Shown one piece after another: positions 37,602 through 40,007 of a stretch of 40,007 nucleotides of DNA (positions within the stretch are counted from its first letter, which is position 1; every line of letters begins with the position of its first letter). The notes under the pieces are model-generated. The model made no database searches. It was not told the origin of the DNA and worked only from the letters and a program-made list of their open reading frames with translations. Made by a program: the position numbers and the translations under genes. Origin of the DNA: Candidatus Nanohalobium sp. (GTDB taxonomy: Archaea > Nanohalarchaeota > Nanosalinia > Nanosalinales > Nanosalinaceae). Location of the stretch: positions 1 through 40,007 of the forward strand of contig JBDGSM010000001.1 of assembly GCA_042217545.1 (NCBI GenBank). Reading direction: 5' to 3'.

Positions 37602-38588
37602 GTGAAACGTTACAAGCTCGCAGCAGCCACGGCATTCTTGCTACTTATGGTGTCGGGCACGGCAGCACAGAACTTCAGAACCGGAGGAAATATCGTAATA
37701 GGGAACGAGACCGGGCCTATAACAGCTGCAGCAGGATCGGTCACTGTTCAAGGTCCTGTAAAAGGCGATCTGACTATCTACTCCGGCTCTGCCACAGTAA
37801 ATGGTCCTGTGAACGGCAACCTGAAGATATACTCCGGAAATGTCCAGGTCCAGGATCAGGTCCGCGGAAAACTTTCCGTAGCCTCCGGCAACTTCATCAT
37901 GGACAAGGGTGCGGTAGTAGACGGGAACGCAGATATATCATCCGGAAAAATTCAGATAAATGGCAGGATAAACGGCAACACATCGGTAACAGGACAGGAA
38001 CTTACACTGGGAGATTCGGCGGTAATAACTGGCAACCTGAACTACGACACGGAAACATTTGAGAACCGCGGCCAGGTCCAGGGAGCAACAAAGCAGTTCC
38101 ACAGACAGACCAGGCAGACCTTTACCGCACTGAGTACATTCCTCACGGTAGTAGGCTTTGTCTCAAAACTCATCGTAGGAGCAGTGATAATCGCCATCCT
38201 GCCAGGATACACATCCAGGGTCTCGGAAACAGTAAGAGAAGAACCAGGCCTGACATTCATCAAAGGCCTCATAGCACTAATAGCAATTCCTGTAATCGCA
38301 ATTATAGCAGCAATAACGATAGTAGGAATACCTGTCGCGGTACTGACACTTCTCGCCTACGCAACGATACTCTGGATTGCCACAATACTGGGTCCATACG
38401 GTATCGGACAGGAAATTATCGGGGAAGGAAGCAAATGGATCTCACTTATATTGGGCCTTGCAATCTTCGAAATACTGGGCTTAATACCTGTGATCGGCTG
38501 GATACTACAGGCCTTGATTGCCATAACTGGCCTGGGTGCCATGCTGATGCCGGGTGTCAGGAAGTTCCGTGAAAGACGTTCTCCCTGA
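37602..38588 (+). CDS. Bactofilin-like (polymer-forming) beta-helix protein with C-terminal TM helices
   Basis: Signal peptide, repeats V.V.GPV.G(D/N)L / I.G.I.GN, then about 4 TM helices with ITIVGIP. Confidence 0.8.
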   Translation: MKRYKLAAATAFLLLMVSGTAAQNFRTGGNIVIGNETGPITAAAGSVTVQGPVKGDLTIYSGSATVNGPVNGNLKIYSGNVQVQDQVRGKLSVASGNFIMDKGAVVDGNADISSGKIQINGRINGNTSVTGQELTLGDSAVITGNLNYDTETFENRGQVQGATKQFHRQTRQTFTALSTFLTVVGFVSKLIVGAVIIAILPGYTSRVSETVREEPGLTFIKGLIALIAIPVIAIIAAITIVGIPVAVLTLLAYATILWIATILGPYGIGQEIIGEGSKWISLILGLAIFEILGLIPVIGWILQALIAITGLGAMLMPGVRKFRERRSP

Positions 38589-38639
38589 GAGGTCGGATAA
38601 TCAGTTACAGAGTTAAAGATAGGCCTCGATTTCTGCGGT

Positions 38640-39386
38640 ATGACTGAGCTTCTGTACATGCCGGACAACGAGTACCAGAAAGAGTTCGAATCCGAGGTCT
38701 CAAAAGTCAGGAACGACGAGGGAGAGGCCTATATCTGCCTGAAGGATACGCTTTTCTACAAGGAAGGTGGCGGACAGCCCGCGGATCACGGAGAGATCCA
38801 CTGGGATGATAATAAAGCGGAAGTGGTGGATGTGCAGAAGGAGCACGGCGAGATCAGGCATTACCTGGAGAACTTCGATGATCTGCCGGAGCCGGGACAG
38901 GAGATCCGTGGCGTCATCGACTGGAAACGCAGATACAAGCACATGAGGATGCACACCGCCCAGCACGTTCTTTCATGGGTCGTCCTCAACAGGTACAACG
39001 CCTCGACAGCAGGCAACCAGATACACGAGGACTACTCAAGAATCGACTTTGAACCGGCGAACTTCTCCGAGGAGAACCTGGAGAAGATCGAGAACCAGGT
39101 CAACGCTTTGATCGAGAAAGAACTCGAGGTCAAGAAGAAGTACATGGACCGCGAGCTCGTGGAGGAACGAGTCGATGAAGGCCGCACAAACCTTGACATC
39201 ATACCCGACAGCGTCGATCCTCTCCGCGTTATCATCATCGGCGACGAAGACCTGTGCCCATGCGGCGGAACACACGTCGACAACATTAAGGAGATCGGCG
39301 GCATCAAGATCACAGAGAGAAAAACCAAGGGATCAGACATCGACCGCATAAAATTCGAACTCAAGGACGGCGCAGGATTTTCATAG
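38640..39386 (+). CDS. alaX: Alanyl-tRNA editing protein AlaX (AlaX-M type)
   Basis: FYKEGGGQPADHG, MRMHTAQH (HxxxH), CPCGGTHV. Confidence 0.95.
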   Translation: MTELLYMPDNEYQKEFESEVSKVRNDEGEAYICLKDTLFYKEGGGQPADHGEIHWDDNKAEVVDVQKEHGEIRHYLENFDDLPEPGQEIRGVIDWKRRYKHMRMHTAQHVLSWVVLNRYNASTAGNQIHEDYSRIDFEPANFSEENLEKIENQVNALIEKELEVKKKYMDRELVEERVDEGRTNLDIIPDSVDPLRVIIIGDEDLCPCGGTHVDNIKEIGGIKITERKTKGSDIDRIKFELKDGAGFS

Positions 39387-39427
39387 AAAAAAGGCCTTAA
39401 AACTACTCCAACATTAATTTCCCTGCG

Positions 39428-39907
39428 ATGAAAGACGCCGACGACTTCACAGAGATCGACGTCGCCATGGACGTCATCCAGCACACTGACTCAGACAGAT
39501 ACTTGGTTCTGGAGAAAGGCCTTGAATACCAGGAGAACAGGGAGAGATACAACACGGAGAAAGGCGGCGTCCCATGGGAGATACCAGGCGGAAAAATCGA
39601 GCTTGAAACAGAAGAATACACGGAGGAAGAGATCAAAGCCGAGGCGTGGAGGGAACTCGACGAGGAGACCAGCCTTCCCATCGAGAGACAGGAATTTGTC
39701 GAAGAGGCCTTAACAGAGGACAGTTATCCCGGTGAGCAGGAAACCGTCGAGATAACGTTCTACCCGGTCTTCTACGAGTACGTCGGCGAACCTGGAGCTG
39801 TCGAGATAAGTCCTGAGGAGCATGAGGCCTACGAATGGATCACAGAGGAAGAGTTCATGGAAAGGATGACTGAGAACGAGAAAGAGGCCTTGAGACGGTT
39901 TTCCTGA
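39428..39907 (+). CDS. NUDIX hydrolase
   Basis: WEIPGGKIE...AWRELDEETSL (Nudix box with an insertion), EHEAYEW. Confidence 0.85.
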   Translation: MKDADDFTEIDVAMDVIQHTDSDRYLVLEKGLEYQENRERYNTEKGGVPWEIPGGKIELETEEYTEEEIKAEAWRELDEETSLPIERQEFVEEALTEDSYPGEQETVEITFYPVFYEYVGEPGAVEISPEEHEAYEWITEEEFMERMTENEKEALRRFS

Positions 39908-39910
39908 ACT

Positions 39911-40007
39911 TCAGAGGGTTTTTTCCTGGAGGAATGTGTCGTCGTACCATTCCTCGACTTTTGAAGATGTGTCGGGCCTTTCTCCGTAGGCATCTGTCCA
40001 GTTCCAG
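39911..40007 (-). CDS. 3' end of an unidentified CDS entering from the right edge
   Basis: Open frame ...WNWTDAYGERPDTSSKVEEWYDDTFLQEKTL* converging on the NUDIX stop codon. Confidence 0.5.
   Translation of the reverse strand, partial: WNWTDAYGERPDTSSKVEEWYDDTFLQEKTL

Larger units (their letters stand above)
188..39890. repeat. Dispersed, highly iterated palindrome AGGCCT
   Basis: About 150 copies by hand count, e.g. 188, 488, 678, 786, 998, 1087, 28514, 28525, in coding and intergenic DNA. Confidence 0.95.

Noticed and set aside
37579..37605. 8-codon upstream ORF (MSGGLLGP) overlapping the GTG of the bactofilin-like gene
   Set aside because: Too short to distinguish from chance; GGAGG within it can act as an ordinary SD.

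Overview
Gene-dense, roughly 50% GC archaeal chromosomal segment, most consistent with a Nanohaloarchaeota (DPANN) genome. This is inferred from archaeal-type aRF1, S17e, MAT and Lhr, Glu/Asp-rich cytoplasmic proteins, very short intergenic spacers, TATA boxes about 30 nt before start codons and a GH13 alpha-glucanase. It carries about 40 CDSs: housekeeping genes (lhr, tatD, mat, dcd, prf1, valS, metG, rps17e, alaX), membrane and surface genes (MscS, BatA/vWA pair, DedA, CPA2, Ig-like surface proteins) and an island of very acidic orphan genes. No rRNA, tRNA, CRISPR array or transposase was recognised. The main signals are: (1) the palindrome AGGCCT occurs about 150 times by hand count against about 10 expected, like a HIP1-type iterated palindrome; (2) metG appears to need a non-canonical AUU start; (3) a 35/38 bp duplicated promoter/operator sits in the acidic orphan island; (4) exported proteins are basic while cytoplasmic ones are acidic; (5) DedA lies beside two LURP-one/scramblase-like paralogs; (6) two small proteins are missing from the ORF track.
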